Shown here: piece by piece, positions 24,559 through 38,881 of the stretch
Position numbering within the stretch: the first letter of the stretch is position 1
Layout: each line of letters opens with the position of its first letter
Origin: a virus
Length of the DNA stretch: 64,000 nucleotides
Virus record (IMG/VR): IMGVR_UViG_3300045988_095445
Reading direction: 5' to 3' (one strand)
Translations under genes and position numbers: made by a program
Notes under the pieces: model-generated
Database searches by the model: none
What the model was told of the DNA's origin: nothing
The model's input: the letters and a program-made list of their open reading frames with translations, nothing else

Positions 24559-27500
24559 ATGAATACTGCTTCTGAATCTATCTTTTAGACGATAGATATT
24601 CTAGTTGATAAAGCACTATCAAAATTAACTTATGATAAGACTATTTCAGCAGAGATTAGTAGTATTGTTAATCTTGATAGCGGAGAGTATAAAGTTAAAT
24701 ATTCTGGAAATATAGTTTCTGCTTTTGCGGATGATGTAAAAAAGCAGTATAAAGTAGGGGATACTGTATATGTTACTATTTCCCAGGATGATTTATCTGC
24801 AAGAAAAAGAATTGTTTGTAAGACAAATGAACAATCATTATCATATGGAGAGATGCTGTCGCTTTCTAATTCAATAATAGAAAAAAGCCCAACATTTGAT
24901 ACAATGTATGATTATGACAAAGATGCGGAAAGGGGCGTCGTAGCAGGCGCACCAGCAGATAGTGATTTAAGTTAGTAGATTATTTATAGTGGTAATGAAG
25001 AAGGATATCATGGACTATTCCAATAGTATGCAAATAACAATGAGCTTATTAGAATAAAAGCCTCTTTCTTAACTACTTTCCATTGTGAACACACCAAAGG
25101 AAATTATGGTTTAGATATATAGTTCTTTACAAAAAGTGGAGATATAGTTTCTTATAAGCTTGATTTAAGTTCTTTTAATGGAGACCCCTATCGCTTTTAG
25201 GTCTACAGCCCGCAATCTGTGGTTATTAAGGCTCAAAAAAATTATTTAACTGGACTTAAATAGATTAAGTTATTTGAAGAAAATTTTGTCTATGATCGTT
25301 ATGTGGAATCTGGTGTAGTTACAGATAAAGAGAATAGAACTGTACCTAACATTTTTGTAAAGGATATAGAGATTTAGTTTGTTGAACAGAAAGATTTAAC
25401 AGATAATTTATATTATTTAGATATTTCGACCCCGCAAGGAAATTCATTTACCAACGAGATCTCTTCTCTTGATTTAGTTGGTCGATTAATTTATTAGGGC
25501 GATAATATAATAGATGAACAAACTTGTAAATGTAAGTGGTTTGAGCGAGATGTAAGTGTTTTGTTAGGTAGCGATTCTTACGATAAAAATGGTGGTGTAG
25601 GATGGGCTCCCGTCACAGCGTCCGAGAGCAATACGATGACACTTAAAGCTGAGCAAGTGAAACATTAGAAGTAGTATAAATTAGTGGTTATATATAATGA
25701 TAGCGTAACATTGAGTGCGGAAGTAATGATATATAATTTAACAAGTAACTATGATTTTTAGCTTAAACAAACAACAGTAGGAGAAGATATCATCATTCAA
25801 GTTTAGAACAATGCGGATAACACCGTTCTTATTGGAGATTGGTATATGCTTTATCCAGATGGAAGCTATACAGCAGTTGGATTATAGCAAAATTCCATCA
25901 CAGTTACTAATTTGTTATTGTACTCTTCTGTCACTTTTATTTGTGGAGTTTATAATAAAGAACATACCGAGATTATCTCTGTATTAGAACATCTTGTCAC
26001 AAATAGCTCTTCTGAAGAAGATGTAACAATTACTTATAATGGAGAAGATACATTCAGATATGATGCAAATGGAGATATAGCTATTGAAGACGCTGAAAAA
26101 GAACGTACTCTTCAAGTTGTTTTAACTTGGAAAGATGGTGTAGGAACTTCTTATAAAGTAGAATGGATTGGTCCAGATGGAAAAGATATTACTAATTCAA
26201 GATATAATCCTAGCGAGTCTATGATTGAAAACCTCTGGGTTGACAATAGTAATATTTTACATTATACTATTAAGTAGAAGTATAAAGTTAATTTTAACAA
26301 TAATACTATCTTAGTTCGTATAATTACTATGGATGAGCAAGAATATTCTTTCCGAAAAGAAATTCTGTTCTTAAAAGATGGTGATTAGGGTACGAACGGT
26401 ACTACGTATGTAAGTGCTATTAGACCATTTGACCCTGACACTGGATTGAAACTATCTGGATTAACTCCATTAGTTTATAGAGATGAATCTTGGGTAAATG
26501 AATTACCTATAAGATGCTATGTATATAAAGATGGAGAATTAATCAATAATAATGGTAATTACACCCTATCTTATAAATGGACTGGTGTTAATATTGAATT
26601 GCGGGAAGGCGAGAATGATGACCGCAAAATAGCAAGTGGTACAACATAGTTGATCTCAAATCCCGCAGGTGGATATGTAAAAGTTTAGGTAACTATTAAT
26701 GACAATAAGAATAATAGAGCCTATGAAATTTACTGTAATTACCCTATTGATGTTGCTGTTAATTTTAGTGATGATGAATTAAATAATATTGATATTAGTT
26801 CTATTCCTTCTTATATTAAATATACTGCGTCTGGTGTTAATCCATCCTTTTATAGCAATAACATTGAATTTATTGTTAATAATTAGGATTATAGTCGCAA
26901 TATTTCTTCTCTTGTAAAAGAAATTTTAACAGTTGAAGAAAAAGATAATCTTTATTATCTTGAACCTGCATCTAGTTTTATTTTTGAAGATAATAGTATT
27001 GCTTTATTAAAATGTGAATACGAAGGAAAATATATCTACCATCCCGTTATTTTATATCTTGATACATATGGCAATGAGCTAATAAATGGATGGGATGGCA
27101 CATAGCTACAAATTGATGAAGAAAATGGTTAGTATATCTTAGCTCCATAGATTGGAGCAGGAGAGAAAGATAGTTTTAATCGTTTTACTGGTGTAGTTAT
27201 GGGAAAAGATAGCGTTCAAGATAAAATAGGTTTATATGGTTATAAAGCTGGAGTTAATACTTTTGGTTTAATGGAAAATGGAACAGCGTTTTTTGGAGCT
27301 AAAAGTGGTGGAGGATAGATCATTATTGATGGAACTTCAGCGAAGATTTATGGTGGAGGGAATTCTTCAGAAGAAGGTGGGGATGCCTCTAATGGAATGA
27401 CTATTACTCTTGCTGATCTTAAAGCAGATGGATCTACCGAAGCTATAAAGATTGGCGGAGGAGCTTTTACAGTAAAATATAATGGAACTGTAAAAGCCAC

Positions 27501-28473
27501 CAATGCAGAAGTTTCAGGGACTATTTACGCCTCTTCTGGTAAAATTGGAGGAACGAAAACAGGATCTAATGGTTGGACTATTGAAACCAATAGACTATAT
27601 AGCGGCTCTGGCTCAACGAGAGTTGAATTAAATAGCCAATCTCCAACCAATACTTCTACTCCTACTAATAATAATGATTTTGCTATTTGGGCAGGAAGTG
27701 CTACAGCATCAAGTGCTAAATTTTCTGTTTCTAAAGGCGGATTAATTACTGCTAAATAGGGAAATATTGGAGGTTGGATTCTTTCTTCTAATAAGTTAAC
27801 TAGTGATAATTATAGAACTGGAATAGCGAGCTCTGGTACTTATCGTTTTTGGGCAGGAGCTAGTTCTAGCAGTACGGCAGATAGACCAGTTTTCTCTGGA
27901 TCTTCTTACTTTTATGTTACTAGCTCTGGAGAAATGTAGTGTAAAAATGCAACGATTAATGGTTCAATTTATGCAGATGACGGTGAGATTGGTGGCTGGA
28001 TCATCAGTTCAAATAGAATTTCTGGAGGAAGAACTACACTATATTCAAATGGTAGAATTGTGTGTGATGATTTTGAATCAGACAATGTAGATATTAGCGG
28101 AGATATTAATGCAACTACTTTGACTTGTGATAATGGTGAGATTGGTGGCTGGATCATCAGTGAAAGCGGATTGGAAAATGGTGCCACAAGACTATATAAT
28201 GGTTTAGTTTAGACGAATCAAGTAGATATATTTTTAGATAATCGTTGGAGAAATAAGCTGGGAACTTTAGGATATGTTGAAGGAGAAGATGATTATGGTC
28301 CTACTGAGAATATTGGTATTCTTACTGAACGAGGAGATCATAGTATTATTTTAAAATCTTCTAGAAACATAGCTCTACGAACAGAAGGTGGCGGAATATG
28401 GATAATTGGAGGAAGTCTAAATGTAAATGTTTCTAAAGAAAATTAGCACGGTATCTATGCCCAATTTGCGTAA
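24559..28473 (+). CDS. large tail protein (about 1304 aa; distal-tail, tail-associated or receptor-binding candidate)
   Basis: ATG at 24559 after GAAAAAGGAGGATAAATA. ORF-track fragments 25912.., 26446.. and 27397.. are in one frame to TAA at 28471-28473. The C-terminus has GEIGGWIIS repeats encoded by a 27-bp perfect direct repeat. Confidence 0.5.
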
Positions 28474-28487
28474 GGAGTTGATAGTAT

Positions 28488-29228
28488 ATGGGTTCTGTAA
28501 CTTTACATTCTCCTTCTTACTCTAGTGTTGGATAGAGATATGCTTCAATAAGTTGTACTGCGGTAGGATGGGTGTATCCAAGTGATTCCGGAACGACCAC
28601 TACTGGAGATAGTAAAAATGGTTCTAGAACTACTATTTCTTATAGCAATACAGTATGGAGTTGGAGCTTTAGCGATGGAGGCAGCTCTAGTTCAAAAGAA
28701 CCAACTCATAATTTTACTGGCTTAACCGCGGGAAGGGCAAACACAGTTAGAGGTACATTAAGTGCTAGATGTACGAAAACTACTACTGTAACTCGATGGT
28801 CTACCCATAGAGAAGAAGTAGGAAAAGACGAAAATGGGAATCCAATATATGAAGATGTAACAACAACTACTGGGCCAACTACGTCTAGGACAACAGTTAG
28901 TTTAGGATCTGCATCTGATAGTGTAACTGTATATACGCAACCAACTAGCTTTTCTTTTGGATGCAGTCCTGGAGATTATATAGCAGATTATGCTACAGCC
29001 AGCAAATGGAATTAGTTAGCTGACTAGGTTGGTAAATATAAAAGTTGGAGAAACTAGTCAAATCAGTATTCTTCATACAATAATTTAAAAGTTTCTCGTG
29101 GTGATTGGATAACTGCGAGTGTTTATAATTCTATGGCATTTGCTTGCGGGACTTCAAGAGTTACCGCAGATAAAACTTTGATTAGTGCAGCTTTATTTGA
29201 AGCTTTAGCAGATGCGGTTTCACCATAA
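28488..29228 (+). CDS. hypothetical tail protein (Ser/Thr-rich)
   Basis: SD TAAGGAG then ATG at 28488. It is 246 aa through 5 TAGs. ORF-track fragment 28572..29015 is in frame. Confidence 0.4.
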
Positions 29229-29248
29229 GAGAAAAAGGAGTCTTAATT

Positions 29249-29620
29249 ATGAAAATGTTAAACAAGGATATTTTGGAAGCAGTTGAGAATTTAAATTCTA
29301 CAATACAAGATTGCTCACTTCTTCCCGCGAGTGTATCATATGCAGTAATAAGAAATTTTAAAATTCTTTCTCCTATTGCTGAGGATATTTATAACGAACG
29401 AAAAAAGATTATTGAAAGATATGGAGAAAAAGTTGATGATATAACCTATTAGATTTCAGAGGAGAAAAGGGAAGCGGCTAATCAAGAATTAAATGCTTTA
29501 TTGGCGGTTAATACTAGCGTTCCATTAGCGACTTTTTCTATTGATATTTTATAGGGGTATGATATTCCTTTAAAAGTTATGAATACTCTATATTTTATGG
29601 TGGAGGCTGACGAGGAGTAA
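29249..29620 (+). CDS. hypothetical protein
   Basis: ORF 29249..29452 is extended through two TAGs to TAA at 29618-29620 (123 aa). A terminator hairpin overlaps the 3' end. Confidence 0.4.
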
Positions 29621-29640
29621 AACTCGTCAGCCTCTTGGCC
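29597..29640 (+). terminator. rho-independent terminator
   Basis: GAGGCTGACGAGgagtaaaaCTCGTCAGCCTC followed by a T-rich tail. Confidence 0.55.
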
Positions 29641-29705
29641 AATTATATTTATAAAAAATATAAGATTTTTTAAATATTTTAGATGAGAAAAAGGAGGCGT
29701 TAATT

Positions 29706-32495
29706 ATGCCAATTAGTATTTATCCGCCTACTTTGTAGAGTACATAGCCAGCATTTCTTTCTAGCGTGAACGTATATTAGATAAATTTTACGCTATAGCC
29801 AATTACGTCTTTTAATGACATAGGTCATGTACAAGTGCGGCTAGTTCGTTAGTCTAATAATAAAAGTATTGTAAATACAGACCAATATCCAGATGGAACT
29901 ATTTATAAAGCTCCTTCTGCGATAGGGTCTTTAGGAAATCAATATTTTGTATCAATTAATAGAAGCGAATTAGCCGAATCTTGGTAGCCAGGCTATTTAT
30001 ACAAAGTACAAATGCGTTTTGGTATAAATCCAATGTATACTTCGTTATCAGAATTTGCCACTTGGAAACAATAGCAGATAGATGCGGGAGCCTTTTCTGA
30101 ATGGTCTACTGTAATGATAATCAAGGCTATAGATACACCAATTATTAAAATAGAAAACGATGAAGCTAAACGAGAAGATGTTATATCTACTGAAAGAATA
30201 GAGGCAACTCTTACTCCTTTGTTTATAGGAAGCTTTAATATTAGCTCTGCTAGTAATGAATTATTGGATAGATATAAATTTGATTTGTATGAAGGAGCCT
30301 CTAAAGATCCTAATTATTTACTTGAAACATCTGGATGGTTATAGCACAATGGTTCTATTAATAATACCGATACTTATAGATTTAAAACCGTGTTAACCAA
30401 TAATAAAAGCTATACAGTAGTCTACTCTATTATTACTATCAATGAATATGAAGGAGAATCAGAGCCTTATAATTTTTCAGTTAATAGGACCTATTTGGGA
30501 GATTTAGAGAGAGTATCTATTAGAGTTGAAGATAATGATGTATATTGTCGAGAAAATGGTTGTATAAAAATATTTTGTACCGCTAAAAATGGACTTAGTG
30601 GTAGTTATGTAATAACAAGAAGTTCTGAAAAAAGTAATTATTAGATATGGGAAGATTTAAAATATCTTAAATTTTCTAATCAAGTATTAAATGATTCAGT
30701 TATTCATGTTGATTTTGCTATTGAAAGTGGTATAAGATATAAATATGCCATACAATAGGAAAATTCAGCAGGGTTGCGGACTTCTTAGGTATATGATACA
30801 AGTAACCAAGGTAGAAGTGTTGATTTCCAATATAGCTATATTTATAGGGATAATATATAGTTAAAGTTATCTCTTAATTAGACATTATCCAGCTTTAAAC
30901 ATACTACTTTAAGAAGTAAACAAGATACCTTAGGAAGTAAATATCCTCATTTGGTTTAGAATGGTAAGGCTTATTATGCAGAGTTTCCAATTTCTGGATT
31001 AATAAGTTTTTAGATGGATGAAGATTAGACATTTTTCTCTTTAAAAGATGATGGACTTTATTACAATAATGAATTAGTAATTCCCAAAGACAAATTTATT
31101 AAAAACAATGTAACCAGAGGAAAATGTCAAGAGAAGTAGGAAACTTATTCTGAAGTTTCTACAGATGAAAATAAATTATCTATCTCAACTAGTTTAACAA
31201 ATGATAATATTTTTATTGAAAGAATATTTAGAGAAAAAGTGGAAGAATTTTTAAATGATTTTAATTATAAGCTCTTTAAATCTTCTACCGAAGGAAATAT
31301 AATTATAGGCTTGCTGAATGTATCTTTGACTCCGAATAATACGGTCGGCCGCATGATTTACTCTTTTTCTGCTACTGCGTATGAAGTTTTAGAGAATACC
31401 ATAGAAAATTTAAATGAAGTTAATATAATAAATATTGGTAAATTTGAAAGTTTGGCTAGCGAAGATAGAATAAATTCTTTCGGATAGTTAAGTGGAATTT
31501 ATGGCAGAAATATAGATTTATATGCAAAGATAAGAGAGCAGGAAGAAGTTAGTATAGGCGGAGGATATAAACTTAATTTAATTCAAGTTACAGATATTTA
31601 GATTGAGCAATATCCAAAAATAGATTTGACTGCACGATTACTAGAATTAGAAGCTCTTAAATCTGAAGCCGCGGGAGATGACGAGGATACTTCTGAATAT
31701 GATAGACAGATTTAGGAATGTAAAGATTTGATTCTCGCTCTTGATGGCCCTGAATCCGCGACTATCGAAATTAATGTTAATGGTTCAAGAATTTTAGTTG
31801 CTCCAAATAGAGTTTATCATTTAAATGAAAATGTAAATTCTTTATCTTTGTCCGCATCTAGCGTTCCTATTATTGTAAATTATGTTTGCTAGTTGAATTA
31901 GGTTGAGGACGTTTCTGTTGGAGTCGTTTCTGCTATTGATGCTTCTCGCATTTGGGGATAGATTTCTGGAATTTTTACTGGTACAGATGGAGTTTTAAAA
32001 TTCTATAATTACGATTATAGAAACAGTGAAACTTATCGTATATTTAGTAATGTTCCACCAAATATGGAAAAGTTTTTAGTCAAGGATAAATAGGGAGATA
32101 CTATTGTTGATAATACAACCTTTAATCTATATAAAACCATTAATATTTACGAGATAATAAAAGAAGAGACATAGAAACAAGTTGAGCTTATATACAATAC
32201 TCATTTTGAATTAAATGATGATGGATAGTTGACAGATGGCGAGATTTATTATACTTTTAGTGATATTGTTTTACTTGACATTGAGGCAGATGAAGGAACT
32301 ACCCTTTTAATTAGTTCTAGTCCAGATGGAAGTGATCCGTCTATTATAAAGATTGGCTCAACTGGAAGGTATACTCTTAATCCATTAGATAATATGGTTA
32401 AATATATAGCTTTAGAAAGTGCTTAGTTTTGTGTAATAAATTATAAATGTTTAACAAATCAAATGCGCATGAAGGTGGAATAGTATTATGTTTGA
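29706..32495 (+). CDS. baseplate/tail structural protein (about 929 aa)
   Basis: SD AAAAGGAGG then ATG at 29706. ORF-track fragments 30114.., 30390.., 31239.. and 32229.. share one frame. It ends at TGA at 32493-32495 with more than 35 in-frame TAGs. Confidence 0.45.
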
Positions 32496-34392
32496 TTATT
32501 TAAATGATATGGATTTCCTTATAGCTCTTGATAAATTAAATATTAAAACTCATTACGCAAAAATTATTTTACTTTCTTTTGATGAAAAACCTATTAGAGA
32601 AATATAGGGTAACATAACTGCTGGTAGTTTAAGTGTTAATGGATCGTCCTCTGTTCGTAGAACAATTAACCTAACTATGTTGGCTAATGAGAATAATAGC
32701 GATATTGAAAATATAGATAATGAGATTTCAATAAACAAGAAAGTTAAAGTTTTTGTTGGATATAATAATCCCTTAAAATCTTATGCAAATTATGGTGACA
32801 TAATTTGGTTTCCTTGTGGATTATTTGTTTTATCTAACGCATCGGTAGCAAGATCCACTTCTGGATGGACAATCTCTATAAGTGGAAAAGATAAAATGTG
32901 TTTACTTGATGGAACCGCAGGAGGGACGTTTCCAGGCTCTATAACCTTTCATGAAAGTTATATATAGAAAAAAGATGGAGATATAGAAATTGTATATCCA
33001 ACTATCTTTCAAATTATATATGAAGCAGTCAACCATTGGGGCGGAGAAGCTATAACAAATATTATTATTACTGACATAGAAGAAACTTGTAAGATGTTAG
33101 TTAAATATATAGGAGATAAACCCATATATTTTAGCAATAATTATGAAAGTATGGACTTTTCTCCAAGCGCTGATTTTCCTCATATGATAAGTTATGGATA
33201 GGATGCTGGATATAGAGAAACTGAATTTACTTATCCGGGAGAATTAATTTTAGATGCTGGAGATACTGTAACTACTCTATTAGATAAAATAGTTGAAGTT
33301 CTTGGAAATTTTGAGTATTTTTATGATATAGATGGTCGCTTTATCTTTTAGGAGATAAAGAATTATCTTAATACTGGAAGTCCTTTAACAGAGTTATCTC
33401 CAGAAAATTATGTAAAGAGCTATAATAATGCTAAGTTTTTATACTCTTTAACCGATCTTGATACTACTACAGCCATAACCCGCAGTCCAAAGTTTGATAA
33501 TATAAAAAATGATTTTTATGTTTGGGGAAAGAGAACCACTACATCTGGAATAGAAGTTGATATTAGGTATCATCTTGCTATTGATACCAAACCAATAATT
33601 GACTTAGCAGGATATTATATGTGGGCTGTGAGTGATAAAGAGACGGGATTAATTATAAGATATGATTTTAATAATATATCTTCTGATTATTCAATATCAG
33701 GATATGAAGTAGAATTAGTTGGATCTCCGTGCGATGAGTGGAGAGAGGAATTATATCGTAGAGCATTAAACGCACAAGTAACAAATAGTGTATATGATAA
33801 TTACTATGACTCTGAATTAATCGCCGAATGGCGCAATTTATATAATCCACTAAATGAGAAATGGGATGAATATAATCATTGGAATCCAGATGTATTTAAT
33901 AATCCAGGAAATTTAAACTATTGGCTAGATTTTATAGATACCGGTTCAGAAATTGGAAAATATTCAATAAATGAGATAGGTAGAAGGACTAAAGTAATTA
34001 ATAGTTCTGATATAACTTCCGTATATAATATAGAAGCTCCTGATATTATATTTATTGAAGGATTAGACCAGGATTTGATAGCAGAATATAGAGGAATTGG
34101 TTAGAGATTTTTTGTTCTTACTTCTGAGTATTATAATTTATTTTCAATAAGCTCCACAAATGCGAGTTGTTTTGATAAAATTAGAGAAATGTTGTATTAG
34201 AATTTAAATTATAATACAACTATATCCATTACTTGTTTACCAAAATATTATATGGAACCAAATAATATTCTTTATGTTGAAGATAAAGACAGTGGACTTA
34301 GTGGAAATTATTAGATAACTCAATTCACTTTACCTCTTTCATATAATGGAACTATGAGTATTACAGCCACGGAAGTATTAACAAGAGTATAA
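32488..34392 (+). CDS. baseplate protein (about 634 aa)
   Basis: ATG at 32488 overlaps the upstream stop. ORF-track fragments 32677.. and 33619.. are in frame. It ends at TAA at 34390-34392. Confidence 0.45.
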
Positions 34393-34408
34393 GGAGGAGT
34401 AGGAGATA

Positions 34409-34999
34409 ATGCCAACTGTTGGTCAAATATATTATAATGTAATAGATAACAACAGTGGTAGTTATGTTTCTAGTGGGTAGAATATATTCAGTGATATTGT
34501 TGTCCAAGTGGGGGCCTCTCAATTTAATAAAGTTGGAGTATAGGCTCCTGCTGGGACCAAGATAGTTATGAATGAATCAAAAACTATTATGGTTGGTAGA
34601 ACTGGAATATATGAACTAGATGATGACATAGCTATTACTAATATGTATTTTATTAGACCTAGAAAGTATGAAAAAGACGAAGAAGCATCTCAGTAGGCTA
34701 TTGAACAAGGAACTGCGGGAATGCAAGCCGCAGATAAAAAAAGGAGTGAAGATTTGGAGAGATTTTATAAAGAAAATCCAGATATACCAGATCAAGATAC
34801 CGATCCAGAAGGGTATAAGGCTTATTGGGACGCATATAATAATATTCAGACTGCTTATATAGAGGCTTATTAGACAGCATTAAGCTTATATAATCAGGGG
34901 GTAAATGGCATTTATGTACTACCAAATCCTGATAATGTTGATGCTCCAGAAAATTATTAGGATTTATATAATGTCATTATTGACTTTATTTATGTATAA
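34409..34999 (+). CDS. hypothetical tail protein
   Basis: SD AAGGAGGAG then ATG at 34409. It is 196 aa through about 6 TAGs. Confidence 0.4.
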
Positions 35000-35013
35000 G
35001 GAGGTGTCAAACT

Positions 35014-36924
35014 ATGGAGAGTTTCTATGGAGGACCTAAAGGTATAGATTTTGAAATTAAGCAAATCTTTACTAGTAAATATTAGATGGATAGAGATTTA
35101 ACAAAGGGTTGGACATCTTCTATTTTCCCTGGAGATTTCGTTATTGTATCGTATGGTTTGCCAAGTGATGCAAATTATGATATTTATAAGAATGAAGATT
35201 TATAGAATTATGGTAAAAGTTATAACTCTACCCTTTGGAAAAAAGTTTTTAATGATAAAGATGGAAGTGGGTCTGCGGGCGGCCTAAGCTATGAGATGCA
35301 GGCTTCCATGACAGGAAATACACCAAGAATTAGCCTACATGATACGGAAGTTCTTGATGCCGATAAAGATCCAAATGTAGTTTGGGATAATACAGATTTA
35401 GATAGATTGTGGCTAACTTTTTAGTTACCTTAGAGTCAAAATATTCAATTAGGTGAAACAACCGTTCTAGATTGCAATAAAAATCCTAGTGTGAAATTAG
35501 ATACAACAGATATAAATAATCCAAGTTTAAAATTATCTTTGCCACAATCACAAGTTATTGAAACGGCGCTAGTTGAATTATTAAATGTTGGAGAGGAACC
35601 TACAGTATCCTTAGAAACGTCTGGTTCTTATTCTATAAATAGACCGGCAATTAAATTCCAATTACCTGTATCTCAATCATTATAGGAAGGAACTACAACA
35701 GTTCTTGATTCTAATGAAACACCATATTTTGAGATAAATTTTGATGATATAAATAATCCAGTTATTAATTTCTTTTTACCTCAAAGCTAGGTAATGGGAA
35801 ATCCAGAGACTATTATTGTAGGTCCAGAGGAAAACCCATCAGTTTAGATAGATAATGCTAATATTAATTCTCCGGTATTAAAATTTAGTTTACCAGAATC
35901 TATTAAGTTTTATTATGGTGAATTATTAGGAGAAAGAACTGCTGGAACTTATGAAGAAACGAATGAAGCTTTTGCAGATTATAATATTGGTGATTATTAT
36001 ATTAATGCACCGACCGGTTTTATTTACAAGGTAACAAAGAAGTCGGGTACAACTTGCACTTTCCAATATGTTGCTTGTATTTAGTCTCCATTACCTGAAA
36101 TAGAAGTAACAAAATTAGACCCTTATACAAATGGTGGTAGCGGGTATGAACCAACTGCACCTACTGTAGTAAGAGAATTTACTAATACGGAAGAAACCGC
36201 TTGGAAACTTGTCTTTGGGCTTCCATCCGCGGTTAAATATGGAGTTTCTTTTGATTTTATAGGAATTGATGAAGAGGGATCTGTCTCTAGTAAGATTATT
36301 TCTTCTGATACAGTAAATCTTGATTTCTAGATTCCAAGAGGATCTAAATTATTTGCTGGATTAGCTGTTTCTGATACATCTTTAAATGTTACTGTTGATG
36401 GAGCTAAAACAGGAGATTTGTATTTAAATACTGATACAGGAGATATTTATTCATTAAGCTCTAATGGAACATGGGTTAAGAATAAAGGAAACTTAAAAGG
36501 TCCTGTTGGAGAAGCTCTTAAAATAGTTAAAAGTTACACTATTAACGAAACTGAAACAATTAAGGATTCTTTATAGAATGGCGTAAATTACATCGAAGAA
36601 AATTACGATGGAGAAATCAGCGCAGAGGATATTTTCTCTATTACTTGGGTTGAATATGAGACTAATTAGGAAACTTCTTATTGGTATTATAAAGCAGCCG
36701 ATGGAGTATGGGGAAGAGTTCAACTAACCGGAGGTATTGCTAACCTTATTGATAATGATTATAATAATGAAGATGGTGGAGAGGTAACAAATAAAACTTA
36801 TAGCGTTCATTATATCAACACTTTAATCGGTGGAGCTATTACAAATAAAGATAGATAGACATATTCTGCCGAATAGATAGAAGAGTTGTTATCTTGGGGA
36901 AGTTTTAGTGATTTAATACCTTAA
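35014..36924 (+). CDS. tail fibre protein with tandem LPQSQ-containing repeat units
   Basis: SD TAAGGAGGTG then ATG at 35014. It is 636 aa. ORF-track fragment 35491..35685 is in frame. Repeated units of about 27 aa (NNPSLKLSLPQSQVIE..., NSPVLKFSLPESIKF...) are present. Confidence 0.5.
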
Positions 36925-36957
36925 TTTATATTTAGAGAGTATAAAGGAGGGCCTAAA

Positions 36958-37740
36958 ATGGCTTTATTTAAGATTTTTCGAGGACCAGAAGATAATTTGA
37001 ATAGTGTACCTCTTCATGAAGGATACGCTTATTTCACAGAAGATAAAGGAAATCTCTTTATTGATATTAGTAATGAAGAAGGTGGGCGTTTGCAGGTAAA
37101 TGCCTATGCTGCTCAAGTTCTAAAGAATGATATTACTGAGATTGATATTGATGATATTTTTCTTAAAAATATGACTGCCACTGTAGCTCAGGGCGGAACT
37201 GGACATAATAGTCTAACTGTAAATGCTTTATTAATTGGTAATGGAACTAATGCGGTAAAGATGGTTGAAATTGCGGCTGGTTAGGTTGTTATCGGAAATA
37301 GCGAGAATGGTGTAACAGGATTGCAAGGAACTGGCGCTTTATTTGCCGCTACAGCTGGCGCTCCGCAATTTGGAACGCTTCCAATTTCAGTTGGTGGAAC
37401 CGGGGCAATTAATGCAGCAGGGGCGAGAACTAATTTAGATGTGTATAGCAAATTGGAAACAGATAACTAGATTAGTGGAAGTACTACGGCAGCTTATCCA
37501 GCAACTCTTTCTGCATCAGGTTGGGTATTAAATGAAGATATGTATACATATACTTATTCCAATACTTCTTTAACTTGCGGAAAAGCAGGTAATGTGCCAC
37601 CTATTATTAGTTATACTTCTAATCTTGAAGAGTATAGTAAAATTGATCACGCTGATGCATCAGTTGGGGTTGGAATTACCTTTTATACAAAAGAAAAACC
37701 AACAAATGATATTGCTATTATTATCATTGATGTAAAATAA
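36958..37740 (+). CDS. tail fibre protein (GGTGA..AR.NL motif class)
   Basis: ORFs 36958..37284 and 37540..37740 are in frame through 2 TAGs. The motif ISVGGTGAINAAGARTNLDV is typical of phage fibre proteins. Confidence 0.55.
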
Positions 37741-37747
37741 AAAAAAT

Positions 37748-37790
37748 GGGGAGAACCTTAATTTCAAGGTTCTCCCCATTTTTTATTTCT
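37748..37790. terminator. bidirectional terminator between the convergent + and - gene blocks
   Basis: GGGGAGAACCTTAATTTCAAGGTTCTCCCC with A-tract 5' and T-tract 3'. Confidence 0.7.
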
Positions 37791-38241
37791 CGCAAGGAGG
37801 TTTACTATATAAATGATAATGCGGTTTTTCTTCTCCAAACCATTTCCATCTTAGGTAGTCGTCTAATACTATTGCCAAAAGGCTTAAAAAGAACCAGGCG
37901 ATAGAGAATGGTAAACAAATCTACCCCATAAAATTCAATGGAACATGAGAATAATCCCAAATACCTAAGCCTAGTTTTACATTTAATACTAGACCAAAGA
38001 TTAATTCTAAAGCAGTTATGATTAAAGAGCCTTTTACTCCTTGAGTAAGAATAGATTCTTCCCAAAGAACGTTCTCATTCATTAGTCCTATTAATAAAAA
38101 GCATAAGCCGCCCAATAAGAACATAGACCAATGACAAGTTCCAAAGCTGATAAAAGTTTTATAGAGGAACTCTATACCGTAATATAGAGTTCCTCCAACT
38201 GCAAATAGAATTATATTTTTACTCACTGTCGGTATCTTCAT
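37783..38241 (-). CDS. polytopic membrane protein (holin-like?)
   Basis: ORF 37921..38241 continues through a TAG at 37921-37923 to TAA at 37783-37785, giving 152 aa with 4 predicted hydrophobic helices. Confidence 0.4.
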
Positions 38242-38881
38242 AGTTTAATTCAATAGCTTTTAATTTATCTATTGAATCAGCTTCGAATATCTAAGTTTTA
38301 TATTCTTGCATTAAATGATATTTGGGATATACCGCATTTGAAATAGCTAAACTTAGAGCGGATAATTGCTCTAAACTCCATGGCACACATTCTTCGTGTC
38401 GAGCGTGCCACTCAAGCGTAGGATTTTCTACTTCAGCCGCGAGAGCGACTTGATATTGATTGAGATTTAAGCTAATCTCAGACTGGTCCTCCTACGTAAT
38501 TCCATATTCTTTTCCATCAACCCAAGTTAGTGGGTGGGTAGCAAGATACTCTGCGAATAGTTTCTTGTTTTCCTCTTGTTTGTCATACTTTGCCTAATCT
38601 AAATCAGAAGTGAATGTTCCATCTTCTTGATTATATATTGAATAATTAGGAGTAACATCTGATGGAATTGTTTCTATCTCTAATACTTTTACAGCATTAG
38701 ATTGATTTAATACATCGGCTTTAATTAGAGTATAATGTGTATCTCCATTTGAGCCGATAACCCCAGTTCCCTCTTCTTCCTCGCAGGCAACGACAATACC
38801 ATTTGAGGATTGCAGTTTAATGTAACGTGCTTCTGAAAGAATATCAACTACTACATTCTCTCTATTTAATAGAATATACAT
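38219..38881 (-). CDS. hypothetical protein (about 220 aa)
   Basis: ORF 38594..38881 is extended through 3 in-frame TAGs to TAA at 38219-38221. Its start overlaps the RT stop (TAATG). Confidence 0.4.

Noticed and set aside
27982-28161. Possible CRISPR-like repeat (27-bp direct repeat)
   Set aside because: There are only two copies. They lie in frame inside a coding sequence and encode a duplicated peptide. There is no array, leader or cas genes.
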